Origin: Dermatophilaceae bacterium
Lineage (GTDB): Bacteria; Actinomycetota; Actinomycetes; Actinomycetales; Dermatophilaceae
Assembly (NCBI GenBank): GCA_013361975.1
Contig: JABFXB010000019.1
Coordinates: 9,731 to 73,730 of the forward strand
Length of the DNA: 64,000 nucleotides
Reading direction: 5' to 3'
Position numbers and translations under genes: made by a program. The notes below the pieces were generated by a model that saw only the letters and a list, made by a program, of their open reading frames with translations, made no database searches and was not told the DNA's origin. Positions 47,799 through 57,530 of this stretch are shown piece by piece; within the stretch, counting starts at the first letter, position 1, and every line of letters begins with the position of its first letter.

Positions 47799-48560
47799 AT
47801 GACCAGCGCACATGCAGCAGCAGACGGCGCCGTCACCGGCGGTGCGCCGGGAATCCAGTCGGCACCGGCCACGGGTGCTCGCCCGGCCGCCAGCGCGGGC
47901 CGGGCCGTCCCGGCCGGCCCGCGCGTCGGGCTCCGGGTGCCCCACGCGCCACCGCACCGAGCTCACCGGGCGCCCCGAGCGCACCGAGCGCACGGAGCGC
48001 ACCGAGCGCTGGCGGTGCTGGTCCTGGCCGGCGGGCTGAGCCTGCCGCAAGCCGCGTTCGGGCACGGCGACGAGGCGGACGTGCCGGCCCGCGACAGCGT
48101 CCTGCAGGCGATCGCCTTGGTCGTCAACACCCCGCAGGACATGGCGGCGATCACCGACAAGCTCGACGATGCCAAGGCCTCGACCGAGCCGGACGGGGTC
48201 AACCTGGCCGACGTGGACCTGGCGATGACGGCGCTGCGGGCCGGTGACATGCCCCGCGTGCGGACGTTGCTCGAAGCTGCCATCGGCGCCAAGGTGGACG
48301 TGACCGGCCTGGACGTGCGCCACGTCCTGCAGGTGCCCGCTGGGCTACCGGTGATCAGTCTCGCGACCGGAGAGCAGGCAGGCACACTCGTCGTCGCCGA
48401 CGAGCTCCCGGGCCGTGGCCCGCTCGACGGGGGTGACGCCGGCCTGCTCGCCGCAGCTGCCGTGGCCGCCGTCGCCGGCATCGTCCTGAGCGTGCGCTAC
48501 CGACCCGCGCACTCGATCCACACGCTGCGCTCCGACGCCAGCCCACGCGAAGGGGAGTGA
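47799..48560 (+). CDS. Exported protein with C-terminal membrane anchor
   Basis: GGAGG RBS; signal-like segment ending AAFG-HGDE; C-terminal TM. Confidence 0.72.
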   Translation: MTSAHAAADGAVTGGAPGIQSAPATGARPAASAGRAVPAGPRVGLRVPHAPPHRAHRAPRAHRAHGAHRALAVLVLAGGLSLPQAAFGHGDEADVPARDSVLQAIALVVNTPQDMAAITDKLDDAKASTEPDGVNLADVDLAMTALRAGDMPRVRTLLEAAIGAKVDVTGLDVRHVLQVPAGLPVISLATGEQAGTLVVADELPGRGPLDGGDAGLLAAAAVAAVAGIVLSVRYRPAHSIHTLRSDASPREGE

Positions 48561-49849
48561 CCCTCATGTCATCCTCGAGAACCGCCTCGGTCGTCCCGGA
48601 GCCGGAACCGGAGCCAGGCCCGGACTCGGGCCCGGACTCGGGCAGCGGCCCGATGCCGACCACTCCCGCCGGCCGGGCCCCGTCGCGCGCGGGTGACCGC
48701 TCCCGCTGGCGCCGGCTCATCGACGTCGTCGACGAGCGGCTCGGTCTCGACGCGCTGCGATACCCCGTCCCGGAACACGCGAACAACCTCGCGTGGAGCC
48801 TCGGCGGCCTGACGGCCGTGTCGCTGCTGGTGCTCGTCGCCACCGGCATCGTCCTGGCACAGTTCTATGACCCGACACCCGAGGTGGCCAACGCGAGCGT
48901 GCGCACCATCGTGCAGGACGTCCCACTCGGCCGGTTCATCCGGTCGCTGCACTTCTGGACGGCCCAGACGATGTACGTGCTGGCCGCGCTGCACCTGATC
49001 CGGGTCTTCTTCCACGGGTCCTTCAAGCGGCCGCGCGAAGCGAACTGGCTGATCGGCGTCAGCATGTTCGGGCTGACCTTGCTCGCGATCTTCACCGGGA
49101 CGGTGCTCAAGTGGGACCAGGAGGCGTACGAAGCCCTCGGTCACAACCTCGAGCTCGGGACGCTGCTCGGCGGCGCCGGGTTCTGGTTCTCGAGCTCGTT
49201 CGCCGAGCACACCCCGATCCTGGTCCGGTTGTACTCGGCGCACATCATGCTCATTCCCGTGCTCCTGTTCGTGCTGGTCGTCGTGCACGCGCTGCTGATC
49301 CGACGCCACAAGATCTCGAGCCATCCCGCGTTGCGCGACCCGGGCCCGCGCCGCACGCCCGACGGGGACCCGGACATCACACCCGACCTCACGCCCGACC
49401 TCACATCCGACCTCACATCCGACCTCACATCCGACATGGCGCTCCCCGCGGACGAAACGCCGAAGGAGCTCTCGGAGCCGTTCACGCATCACCTACGCCG
49501 GGTCGGGGCCCTCGGGCTGGTCCTGCTCGGGGCACTGACGGCGGTGGCCGTCCTCTTCCCGCCGCCCGTCGGCAGTACCCCCGTCGCCGGGGTCGAGGTG
49601 ACCAAGCCGCTGTGGCCGTTCTGGTGGATGTTCACCCTGGAGAACTGGTTCGGGCTCCCGGCGATCCTGTGGGGCGGGCTCGTGTTCTTCGTGCTCCTCT
49701 TCGCGGTCCCGTTCCTGGACCGGAGCCCGCGCCGGTCGTGGCGGACCCGACCCGTCGCGATGGCGGTCGGCGCCCTGCTCGTCGTCCTCCTCATCGTGCT
49801 GACGCTCCTGATGGCGTTCACGACCCCCGCCGCCCACCTGTCGATGTGA
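48557..49849 (+). CDS. Cytochrome b (bc-complex b-subunit-like), stand-alone
   Basis: TGIVLAQFY, RSLHFW...LHLIRVF, FKRPREANWLIG, LKWDQ, AHIML...VHALL (four heme His), VPFLDR. Confidence 0.9.
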   Translation: MTLMSSSRTASVVPEPEPEPGPDSGPDSGSGPMPTTPAGRAPSRAGDRSRWRRLIDVVDERLGLDALRYPVPEHANNLAWSLGGLTAVSLLVLVATGIVLAQFYDPTPEVANASVRTIVQDVPLGRFIRSLHFWTAQTMYVLAALHLIRVFFHGSFKRPREANWLIGVSMFGLTLLAIFTGTVLKWDQEAYEALGHNLELGTLLGGAGFWFSSSFAEHTPILVRLYSAHIMLIPVLLFVLVVVHALLIRRHKISSHPALRDPGPRRTPDGDPDITPDLTPDLTSDLTSDLTSDMALPADETPKELSEPFTHHLRRVGALGLVLLGALTAVAVLFPPPVGSTPVAGVEVTKPLWPFWWMFTLENWFGLPAILWGGLVFFVLLFAVPFLDRSPRRSWRTRPVAMAVGALLVVLLIVLTLLMAFTTPAAHLSM

Positions 49850-49887
49850 CGACGGCCGCCCCGGATCGTCCGGAAGGAAGCCTCGTG

Positions 49888-50112
49888 ATGAACGCCTACC
49901 AGCGGGTCCGCCGCAACTTCTGGGTGCTGGTCGCCGCGGCGGCCGTCGCCGTCGGCGTCCTGTCCGCCGCCGCCGCCATGGCCCCCGGCCCGGTGGCCGG
50001 GACCCTGACCGCGCTCAGTGCTTCGTTCGCTGTCGCCGCTGTGGCATTGGCCGGCCGGATCCTGGTGGTCACCAGCCGGCGAGGGGAACACCGTCGGGCT
50101 GGCCGGCGCTGA
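49888..50112 (+). CDS. Small two-TM membrane protein
   Basis: GAAGGAAG RBS; MNAYQRVRRNFWVLV... Confidence 0.65.
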   Translation: MNAYQRVRRNFWVLVAAAAVAVGVLSAAAAMAPGPVAGTLTALSASFAVAAVALAGRILVVTSRRGEHRRAGRR

Positions 50113-50228
50113 GACCGGCCGCTACATCGACCGCTACATCGACCGCGACATCAGCTGCGACCGACGCGGTCGTGATGGCGGCTCGGTGCGTCGGCGTCCC
50201 GCCGTGACGTGGGGTCGGCACCCGAGCG

Positions 50229-50248
50229 GGTCCTTCATCGATCCTTGA
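50229..50248 (-). promoter_or_regulatory. CopR-like box
   Basis: Minus strand TCAAGGATC-ga-TGAAGGACC. Confidence 0.65.
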
Positions 50249-50353
50249 CCGGGAGGCCACCGCGTCCTTCACGAGCGGGGCGGACCGTAGCAGGTGAGGG
50301 ACCAGGGGCCGCACCACCCGGTGTGACCGGTCTCGTGGACCAAGGAGCGAGTC

Positions 50354-50752
50354 ATGGCCGACTTCCTGCAGCGCAACTGGATCGGGATCTTCTTCATCGT
50401 CGCGATGCTGGGCATGCATCTCGGGGGCCACCGCCACGGCGGCTCCGGCGGCGGGCACGGCGGCCTGATGGGAGGCTGCGGCGCCGGGCACGGATCCCAT
50501 GGCGGCGCTGGGCACACCGCAGGCCACGAGCACCCAAGCGAGAAACCATCGCACGCTCAGAGCACCCCTGGCGCGCCCCAGCCGCCAGAACCGCCCCGGC
50601 AGCCGGACCCGGCCCGGGACGCAGCGCCGGACCCGACCCGGGACGCGGCGCCGGACCCGACGCGGGACGCGACCCCTGCCGCGGACCCGGCATGGTGGGG
50701 GACTGACCCCATCGACGAACCGTCCTCCCGCACGCGCGACCACCACGTGTAG
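50354..50752 (+). CDS. His/Gly-rich membrane-anchored protein (DUF2933-like)
   Basis: AAGGAG RBS; NWIGIFFIVAMLGMHLGGHRHGG...MGGCGAGHGSH. Confidence 0.8.
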   Translation: MADFLQRNWIGIFFIVAMLGMHLGGHRHGGSGGGHGGLMGGCGAGHGSHGGAGHTAGHEHPSEKPSHAQSTPGAPQPPEPPRQPDPARDAAPDPTRDAAPDPTRDATPAADPAWWGTDPIDEPSSRTRDHHV

Positions 50753-50929
50753 GACCGGCGGACCACGGAGCCCCGCGATGTCGACCCGCGACTGGCGCGC
50801 CGCACACGTCCCACCAGATGACCCCCCGACGCGGCGGCCGCGGCCCGTCCCGCTCGGGGTTTACCTCAAAGCTCACCTCAAGGGCTCTCTCGGGGCTGGC
50901 TGGTGGGCTTTCAGAGCCGGAGAGCACCG

Positions 50930-51142
50930 ATGAGCACCTTGTCGCAGCCGTTCTTCCCGCACGTCCTGCTCGGCGCGTACCTGCTGGGCGTGCTCGGCGA
51001 CGACGAGGAGCGCACCTTCACCGAGCATCTCGCCGCATGCTCAACCTGTCAGCGCGATCTCGACGCGGCCCAGCACCTCCCGCAGCTGCTCTCCCTCACT
51101 GACGGTGCCAATCCCTCCGAGGACGGGCGCCGGCAACCTTGA
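50930..51142 (+). CDS. Stand-alone zf-HC2 (anti-sigma zinc-binding) domain protein
   Basis: HVLLGAYLLGVL...EHLAACSTC (H-x3-C-x2-C). Confidence 0.72.
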   Translation: MSTLSQPFFPHVLLGAYLLGVLGDDEERTFTEHLAACSTCQRDLDAAQHLPQLLSLTDGANPSEDGRRQP

Positions 51143-51153
51143 CCAGACCTTCA
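51134..51153 (-). promoter_or_regulatory. CopR-like box
   Basis: Minus strand TGAAGGTCT-gg-TCAAGGTTG. Confidence 0.75.
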
Positions 51154-51208
51154 CGGTTCGCGCGGGAACCCGACACCTGCCAGCGGTTACGTGGGAGCTG
51201 GAAACCCG

Positions 51209-51224
51209 TACCGGCTATGGGTAT
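51209..51224. promoter_or_regulatory. Second CsoR operator
   Basis: TACCGGCTATGGGTAT, near-identical to the site at 23402. Confidence 0.7.
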
Positions 51225-51271
51225 CCGGCGCTCGGAGTGCCTGGGTGCCCAGCAGATGGAGGTGAAGCTCG

Positions 51272-54115
51272 ATGACTGTCGCCGACATCGTCATCGTCAG
51301 TTCAGCGGTCCTCGCCAGCGGCCTGCTCGTGTGGTTCTTCTTCGGACCGAAGAAGGCGCGGCACGCGGAGATCGCGGACGGCATCCAGGTCGTCCGGGTG
51401 ACCGTCAGAGGTGGGTACAGCCCGGATCTGATCGAGGTCAGGCCCGGGACCCCGGTCCGGGTCATCTTCGACCGGCAGGAAAGCGGGGACTGCTCGTCCC
51501 GGGTCGTGATGCCCGACTTCAAGGTCAACGCGCAGCTGCCGGCGTACGCGGCCACCACGGTCGACTTTCTCCCAGAGCACCAGGGCGACTTCCGGTTCGC
51601 GTGCGGCATGAACATGATCAGCGGCACCGTCCGGGTCACCGCGCCACCGTCCGACGCGGCCAGCGCCGAACCGGTCGAGTCGCTCGAGTCGCTCGAGTCG
51701 CTCGAGTCGCCCGCGTCGCTCCAGTCGGAGCCGGCTCGTCCCCAGCCTGGCCGTGGCCGTCGTCCCTCGGCTGCGCCGGACCCGGTCGGCGGTCTCGGCA
51801 CTGGCCCGAGCGCCGTTCTTGGCGCCGATGTTGACGGCACCGACCGTGACGCGACGGAACGTGCCGCGGAGATCTCCGACCTGACGCGGCGGGTCATCAT
51901 CGGCGCGATCCTGACGGCGCCCGTGCTGTTCGCGGTGATGTTCACCGAGTTCTTCGGGGTGACGTGGATGCCGGATCTGCTGATGAACCGCTGGTTCCAG
52001 CTCGCGCTCGTCGGCCCGGTGATGGTGTACACCGGGTGGCCGATCCACCGCACCGGCTGGCTGGCGCTCTCGCACCGGACCGCGGACATGAACTCGCTCA
52101 TCACGTTGGGGACCGTCGCCGCGTTCGGGTACAGCCTCGTGGTGACGCTCGCGCCGGCTGTGCTGCCGGAGAACGTCCAAGAGGTGTACTACGAGGCTGT
52201 CGGCGTCATCCTCACCCTGATCCTGCTCGGGCGCCTGCTCGAGACGAAGGCGAAGGCCGGCACCGGGGAGGCGATCCGGACCCTGATCGGGCTGCAGCCG
52301 CGAACGGCGCGCGTCGAACGGGACGGCACCGAGCTGGAGCTGCCGATCTCCGAGGTGCTCGCCGGCGACGTCGTCCTCGTGCGCCCCGGGGAGAAGCTGC
52401 CTGTCGACGGTCACGTCCTCTCCGGGGCGTCGTCCGTCGACGAGTCGATGGTGACCGGGGAGCCGATCCCGGTGAGCAAGTCGGCCGGTGACACGGTGAT
52501 CGGGGCGACCATCAACCAGACGGGATCGTTCCGGTACGTCGCGACCCGGGTCGGCGACGAGACGATGCTGGCCCAGATCATCAAGCTGGTCCGCGAAGCA
52601 CAGGGGTCCAAGGCGCCGATCCAGCGGCTCGTCGACCAGGTCTCGAGCTACTTCGTCCCGGCCGTCATCGCGATCGCCATCTGGGCCTTCGTCATCTGGG
52701 CGGTGGCCGGCCCGTCGCCGGCGCTCGTGCTGGCACTCGTGGCCGCCGTCTCGGTCCTCATCATCGCCTGCCCGTGCGCGCTCGGGCTGGCCACGCCGAT
52801 GTCGATCACGGTCGGGACCGGCAAGGGCGCCATGAACGGGATCCTCATCCGTTCCGCGGAAGCTCTCGAGACGGCGCACAAGCTGAACACGATCGTGCTC
52901 GACAAGACCGGCACGATCACCAACGGTGCACCGGCGCTGACCGACCTGATCCCCGCCGGCCCGATCGGCGCGGACGAGATGCTGGCGCTGGTCGCCGCGG
53001 TCGAAGGCTCCTCGGAGCACCCGCTGGCGGCGGCCATCGTGACCGGGGCGCACGAGCGCGGCCTCGACCTGCCGACCGTGGCCGCGTTCGACTCGATCAC
53101 CGGCCAGGGGGTGCGCGCTCTGGTCTCCGGCCGTGAAGTCCTCGTCGGGAACATGCGACTGCTCACCGGTGCCGGCATCGACGCGAGCTCGCTCGCCGAC
53201 ACCCAGGAGCGCCTCGCCCGCGACGGCAAGACCCCGATCCTCGTCGCGGTCGACGGGGTCCCGGCCGGTGTCATCGCCGTGGCCGATACCGTCAAGGACG
53301 GCTCGGCCGGTGCCGTCGCTGCCCTGCAGAGCCGCGGCATCGAGGTCGTCATGATGACCGGCGACAACCGGGCTACCGCCGCCGCCATCGCCCGACAGGT
53401 CGGGATCCGACGCGTCGTCGCGGAGGTCCTGCCCGAGCACAAGGCCGCTGAGGTGAAGCGGCTGCAGGCCGAGGGCCGCGTCGTCGGGATGGTCGGCGAC
53501 GGCATCAACGACGCACCCGCGCTCGCCCAGGCCGATATCGGCTCGGCCATCGGCACCGGCACCGACGTAGCGATCGAGTCCTCCGACATCACGCTGATCT
53601 CCGGCGCGCTGGCCGGGGTCGTGACTGCCGTGGACCTGTCCCGGGCCACGATGCGCAACATCAAGCAGAACCTCGGGTTCGCGTTCATCTACAACGGGGT
53701 CGGCATCCCGATCGCCGCAGGCGCGCTCTACCCGGCCTTCGGTCTCACCCTGAGCCCGATGATCGCGGCGGCCGCGATGGCGCTGTCCTCCCTGTCTGTC
53801 GTTGCGAACGCCAACCGGCTCAAGACCTTTAGTCCCAAGCCGGTACCCGACGCCGTCACGCCTTCGGCCATCGACCCGGTGGTCGAGATCGGACGGGAAG
53901 AGCAGAAGGAGCCCGACCTCATGTCCACCTCACCTGAACAGGCGAACCCGTCCGTGCCGACGACGGCAAAGGACCCGGTGTGCGGGATGACCCTCGAGAC
54001 CGTGAACGCTGCACGGACCATCGAGCACGACGGGCAGACGTACTACTTCTGCTCCGCGTCGTGCGCGGCCAGCTTCGAGAAGGACCCGGCGGCCTACGCC
54101 GGCAGCACCGCGTAG
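51272..54115 (+). CDS. Cu P1B ATPase with N-terminal cupredoxin and C-terminal YHS domains
   Basis: GGYSPD..C..FACGMNM cupredoxin; CPC, DKTGT, YN, MALSS; KDPVCGM...[11 protein letters not shown] domain. Confidence 0.95.
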   Translation: MTVADIVIVSSAVLASGLLVWFFFGPKKARHAEIADGIQVVRVTVRGGYSPDLIEVRPGTPVRVIFDRQESGDCSSRVVMPDFKVNAQLPAYAATTVDFLPEHQGDFRFACGMNMISGTVRVTAPPSDAASAEPVESLESLESLESPASLQSEPARPQPGRGRRPSAAPDPVGGLGTGPSAVLGADVDGTDRDATERAAEISDLTRRVIIGAILTAPVLFAVMFTEFFGVTWMPDLLMNRWFQLALVGPVMVYTGWPIHRTGWLALSHRTADMNSLITLGTVAAFGYSLVVTLAPAVLPENVQEVYYEAVGVILTLILLGRLLETKAKAGTGEAIRTLIGLQPRTARVERDGTELELPISEVLAGDVVLVRPGEKLPVDGHVLSGASSVDESMVTGEPIPVSKSAGDTVIGATINQTGSFRYVATRVGDETMLAQIIKLVREAQGSKAPIQRLVDQVSSYFVPAVIAIAIWAFVIWAVAGPSPALVLALVAAVSVLIIACPCALGLATPMSITVGTGKGAMNGILIRSAEALETAHKLNTIVLDKTGTITNGAPALTDLIPAGPIGADEMLALVAAVEGSSEHPLAAAIVTGAHERGLDLPTVAAFDSITGQGVRALVSGREVLVGNMRLLTGAGIDASSLADTQERLARDGKTPILVAVDGVPAGVIAVADTVKDGSAGAVAALQSRGIEVVMMTGDNRATAAAIARQVGIRRVVAEVLPEHKAAEVKRLQAEGRVVGMVGDGINDAPALAQADIGSAIGTGTDVAIESSDITLISGALAGVVTAVDLSRATMRNIKQNLGFAFIYNGVGIPIAAGALYPAFGLTLSPMIAAAAMALSSLSVVANANRLKTFSPKPVPDAVTPSAIDPVVEIGREEQKEPDLMSTSPEQANPSVPTTAKDPVCGMTLETVNAARTIEHDGQTYYFCSASCAASFEKDPAAYAGSTA

Positions 54116-54323
54116 CAGGCAGCAGTCGACCGGGCCCCGGTGGGCCCGACCGGCGGGCCGACCGATGGCGCCGATCGATGGCGTCGACCTCGTCGCCTCG
54201 AGCGGTGCGAGGTAGCCCCTCCAGTGGCCGTCAGCGTTCGGCCACCGGAGGACGGACCGGACCATAAGGACCGGACCACGAGGACCGGACCACAAGGCCC
54301 GGACCACACAGAAGGGAACGCTC

Positions 54324-54614
54324 ATGACTGCGCCGAGCGTGGCCGGGCCCGCCCCCGGGCAACGACACGAGATCGTCACTCGCCTGCACCGCGCCGAAGG
54401 CCAGGTCCGCGGCATCGCGGCCATGGTCGAGCAGGACCGGTCCTGCATCGACGTGCTGACGCAGCTGAGCGCGGCATCGAGCGCGCTCCGCAGCGTCGCC
54501 GTCCTCCTGCTCGAGGAGCACCTCAGGGCATGCGTCACCGACAGCCCCGAGCACGTCCCCGAGGCGACTATCGAAGCCGTGTCCGAGGCCATCAGCCGTC
54601 TGCTGCACAGCTGA
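54324..54614 (+). CDS. CsoR-family repressor 2
   Basis: RLHRAEGQVRGI, SCIDVLTQ, HLRAC. Confidence 0.92.
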   Translation: MTAPSVAGPAPGQRHEIVTRLHRAEGQVRGIAAMVEQDRSCIDVLTQLSAASSALRSVAVLLLEEHLRACVTDSPEHVPEATIEAVSEAISRLLHS

Positions 54615-54625
54615 GTGGCGAAACG

Positions 54626-55633
54626 ATGACGACCCCGGAACCCTCATTGACCACCTCCCACGGCAGAACGGTCCGAGCCTCCTCCCGGGGCGTCGGGCGC
54701 CGCCGCGGCACCACGGGCGCCACCACCGAACCGACAACGGGACCGACCACGGGACCGACCACTGGACCGAGCGAGCTGATCGTGTCCGGGCCTCGCCCGG
54801 CACGCATGGTGTTCGTCACGGCCGCCTGGGGCAGCTGCTTCCTGTTCATCCAGTGGGGGCTGCGGGACGCTCCCGTCGTCTGGTTCGCCGCGGCAAGAGC
54901 CCTGCTCGCCGGCGCTGTCCTCGTCACCGTCGCCCTCGTGCAGCACCGTCCGCAGCCGACCGGGTCGAGGGCGTGGACGTGGCTGGGTGCCATCGCGCTC
55001 GTGAACGTCACGCTGGCCTTTGCTGCGATGTTCGCCGGGGTGGCGGGGCTGTCGACCGGGGCCGCGGCCGTGCTGGCGAACGCGCAACCGCTGCTGATCC
55101 TGCTTCCCGCCTGGTGGCTCTACGGCGAGCGGCTGTCTGCGCGAACAGCGGCCGCGCTCACCGTCGGGTTCGGCGGGCTGATCCTGGTGGCGGCGCCCGG
55201 TGGCGGCGGCAGCGGCGCGCTGCTGTCCTTGCTCGCCGCGGCAGCCGTCACCGCGGGCACGCTGCTGTCGCGCCGCCTGACGGGGATGGACCTGGTCTCG
55301 GCTGCGGGGTGGCACCTGCTCATCGGCGGGGGCGCCCTAGTGGTCCTCGCGGTCGCGACCGAGGGAGCGCCGTCGATCGCGTGGACGCCCCGGCTGGTCG
55401 TCTCCATCGCCTTTCTCGGTGTCGTCGGCACTGCAGCTCCGACCGTCGTCTGGTTCACCGAGGCGCGCCGGTCCCGCTTCGACACGCTCACCTCGTGGAC
55501 GTTCCTCACGCCGGTCGTCGGGATCGCGCTGGCTGTGAGCGTTCTCGGTGAACGCCCATCCGGCTGGACGGCCTTGGGGCTGACCGCGACGCTCGTGGCG
55601 ATGAGGGTCGCCGTCCGGCCGCCGCGCCGCTGA
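54626..55633 (+). CDS. EamA/DMT-family transporter
   Basis: AWGSCF, ANAQPLL, FLTPVVG..LGE; 10 TMs. Confidence 0.88.
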   Translation: MTTPEPSLTTSHGRTVRASSRGVGRRRGTTGATTEPTTGPTTGPTTGPSELIVSGPRPARMVFVTAAWGSCFLFIQWGLRDAPVVWFAAARALLAGAVLVTVALVQHRPQPTGSRAWTWLGAIALVNVTLAFAAMFAGVAGLSTGAAAVLANAQPLLILLPAWWLYGERLSARTAAALTVGFGGLILVAAPGGGGSGALLSLLAAAAVTAGTLLSRRLTGMDLVSAAGWHLLIGGGALVVLAVATEGAPSIAWTPRLVVSIAFLGVVGTAAPTVVWFTEARRSRFDTLTSWTFLTPVVGIALAVSVLGERPSGWTALGLTATLVAMRVAVRPPRR

Positions 55634-55855
55634 CGCCTGACCAGCCCGCCCCATCGACACCTGGGCCGCCAGCCGCCAGCCGCCAGCCGACAGCCGCCAG
55701 CCGCCCGGACCGGCTCCGGAACCTGGCTCGGGAGATGTGCTTCGGAGACGGGCTCTCGACCGGCCGGCGGTCGCTCGCGGAGCGACCGCCGAACGGTGCG
55801 GTGACCCGCAGTGCGGTCACCGCACCGTCACGCGAGTTGAGAACGGTGCTGTGGC

Positions 55856-55875
55856 CGACCTTGAGCGAACCTTCA
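55856..55875 (-). promoter_or_regulatory. CopR-like box
   Basis: Minus strand TGAAGGTTC-gc-TCAAGGTCG. Confidence 0.75.
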
Positions 55876-56007
55876 TGGATCTGCTGCCGGACGGGCACGT
55901 GGGCACGGCACGGTGGAAGAACAGGGAGCCGACGACGGGCCCAATCGGGCCTCTCCCGACCCGGCTTCCACACCCGGGACGCCCGGGTCCGTCATCAGGA
56001 GGCAGCC

Positions 56008-56253
56008 ATGAGGGCCAGACCCACAGTCAACATCACGCCGATGGAACGAGTAGCCAGGATGCTCGTCGGCGGCCTGGCCGTGATCAGCGGGATCGTCCTG
56101 CTTCTCGGTGCCGGCTCGGCCCTGGCGGTCGTGCTCGAGGTCCTGCTCATCCTCATCGGGCTCGACCTGTTCGTCACCGGCGCGCTCGGGCACTGCCCGC
56201 TGTACGCGAAGCTAGGGCACCTTCCGGCCTCCCTCGCCCGGAGGACGTCATGA
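56008..56253 (+). CDS. DUF2892/YgaP-like membrane protein
   Basis: NITPMERVAR...TGALGHCPLYAKLG; AGGAGG RBS. Confidence 0.87.
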   Translation: MRARPTVNITPMERVARMLVGGLAVISGIVLLLGAGSALAVVLEVLLILIGLDLFVTGALGHCPLYAKLGHLPASLARRTS

Positions 56254-56663
56254 TCACGACTCCGCGTGACCGTACGCCGCTGCCCGACCCGGACCACGAC
56301 CGCGACGTCTACCCGTTCGGGCCCGACCACCCGACCGTCGCAGCACCGAGCCCACTCAGCCCACCCAGCCTGTCACCCGGGTCGGCGACCCACGACCGGA
56401 TGCTGCGCGCCACGCAGCACGCCGAGCCTGGGCCGAACGGGCTCGGGAGCGCACCGGCGCCGCACGACCACCTCGCCGAGCCCACAGCGGGGGGATGGGG
56501 TCACCGGCTGCTGATGCTCGTCTACTGCATCCCGATGCTTGTTGTCGTCTTCGCCCTGGTGGCCAGCGGCGTCGCGGGCGCGGGTTCGATCATCTTCGCC
56601 CTGCTGTGCGTGGGAATGATGGCCGCGATGATGTTCATGATGCCGGGCGGGCACCGGCACTGA
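56250..56663 (+). CDS. Cys/Met-rich small membrane protein
   Basis: HRLLMLVYCIPML...LCVGMMAAMMFMMPGGHRH; ATGA overlap. Confidence 0.8.
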   Translation: MITTPRDRTPLPDPDHDRDVYPFGPDHPTVAAPSPLSPPSLSPGSATHDRMLRATQHAEPGPNGLGSAPAPHDHLAEPTAGGWGHRLLMLVYCIPMLVVVFALVASGVAGAGSIIFALLCVGMMAAMMFMMPGGHRH

Positions 56664-56909
56664 CGACCGGCCGGTTCGCACCGTGCCATGGGCAGCCGCC
56701 AGGCACCCGTCCCCGCCCGTCGCCGCTCGTCGCCGCCCATCCCGGCACCGGCCCAGCTCACGTGGAGCCAGTCCGGCCCGTGACAGCCGCGACGGGGGCG
56801 GGATCCGAACCGGCTCGAGCTCCCGCCGAGGCGCAGCCTGTCGGGCGCCGGGCGCCACAGCGCCGCCTCGGCGTGCCCATCGCGCGGAACCAGGAAGGAA
56901 GACCACCAC

Positions 56910-57284
56910 GTGACCGTGACACCCGAACGGGTCGGCCCGCTTGCGCCACACCTGGCCCGAGACGTGCGCCGTACCCGGTGTGGCATCGTGACCGGCCCCC
57001 GACGCGCCGACCTCGCATCGACAGCACCGGCGTTCCGAGCAGCCCAGGTCCTCGCCGTGGGCGGGCTTACGGGTCCGGCCGGTCTGCGCCGGATGCTCGC
57101 GCGGCTCGCGGCAGTCCCCGGCGTGCGCTCGGTGGTCGCCGACTTCGGCACCGTCGAGGTGACCCCGGTGCTCGTCGCATATGCGGACGTCCCCCAGTCG
57201 GCGAGAGCGCTCGCCAAGTCGGCCGTCCGGGCCGAGGTCCTGCGCTACGGCCTCACTATCAACACACCCGCGCGGCACGGCTGA
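56910..57284 (+). CDS. Degenerate HMA-like protein lacking CxxC
   Basis: LAVGGLTGPAG...LAAVPGVRSVVADF; GGAAGGAAG RBS. Confidence 0.55.
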   Translation: MTVTPERVGPLAPHLARDVRRTRCGIVTGPRRADLASTAPAFRAAQVLAVGGLTGPAGLRRMLARLAAVPGVRSVVADFGTVEVTPVLVAYADVPQSARALAKSAVRAEVLRYGLTINTPARHG

Positions 57285-57337
57285 CCGGGCACGAGACAGG
57301 CGTGCGCCGCACCCCACTACCCGGCGCCACGTCAACG

Positions 57338-57357
57338 CGATCTTCACCAGATCTGCG
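57338..57357 (-). promoter_or_regulatory. CopR-like box
   Basis: Minus strand CGCAGATCT-gg-TGAAGATCG. Confidence 0.6.
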
Positions 57358-57441
57358 GGCTGTACTCAACGAGCTGCGGCCACGGTCGAAGAAGACCCGC
57401 CGGCCTGTTGGTCCCTGCCGACGAACTCAGAGGCCAGCGAC

Positions 57442-57530
57442 ATGGACGCCGTGGCACTGGTGCAGGCGTACCTCCGAGTCAACGGCTACTTCACCGTGAC
57501 CGAGTACCCAGTCCTGGAAAGGACCCTGCA
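57442..57530 (+). pseudogene. N-terminal gene fragment
   Basis: MDAVALVQAYLRVNGYFTVTEYPVLE is protein-like, then degenerates just before the mer module. Confidence 0.5.

Noticed and set aside
48557-49849. Housekeeping qcrB
   Set aside because: No qcrA/qcrC or cta neighbours, shorter C-terminus, and PEWY-equivalent altered.
17371-53440. Long antisense ORFs (17371..19521, 20674..22542, 40522..42804, 51302..53440, also 3572..4627)
   Set aside because: Shadow frames of well-supported genes, expected in high-GC DNA.
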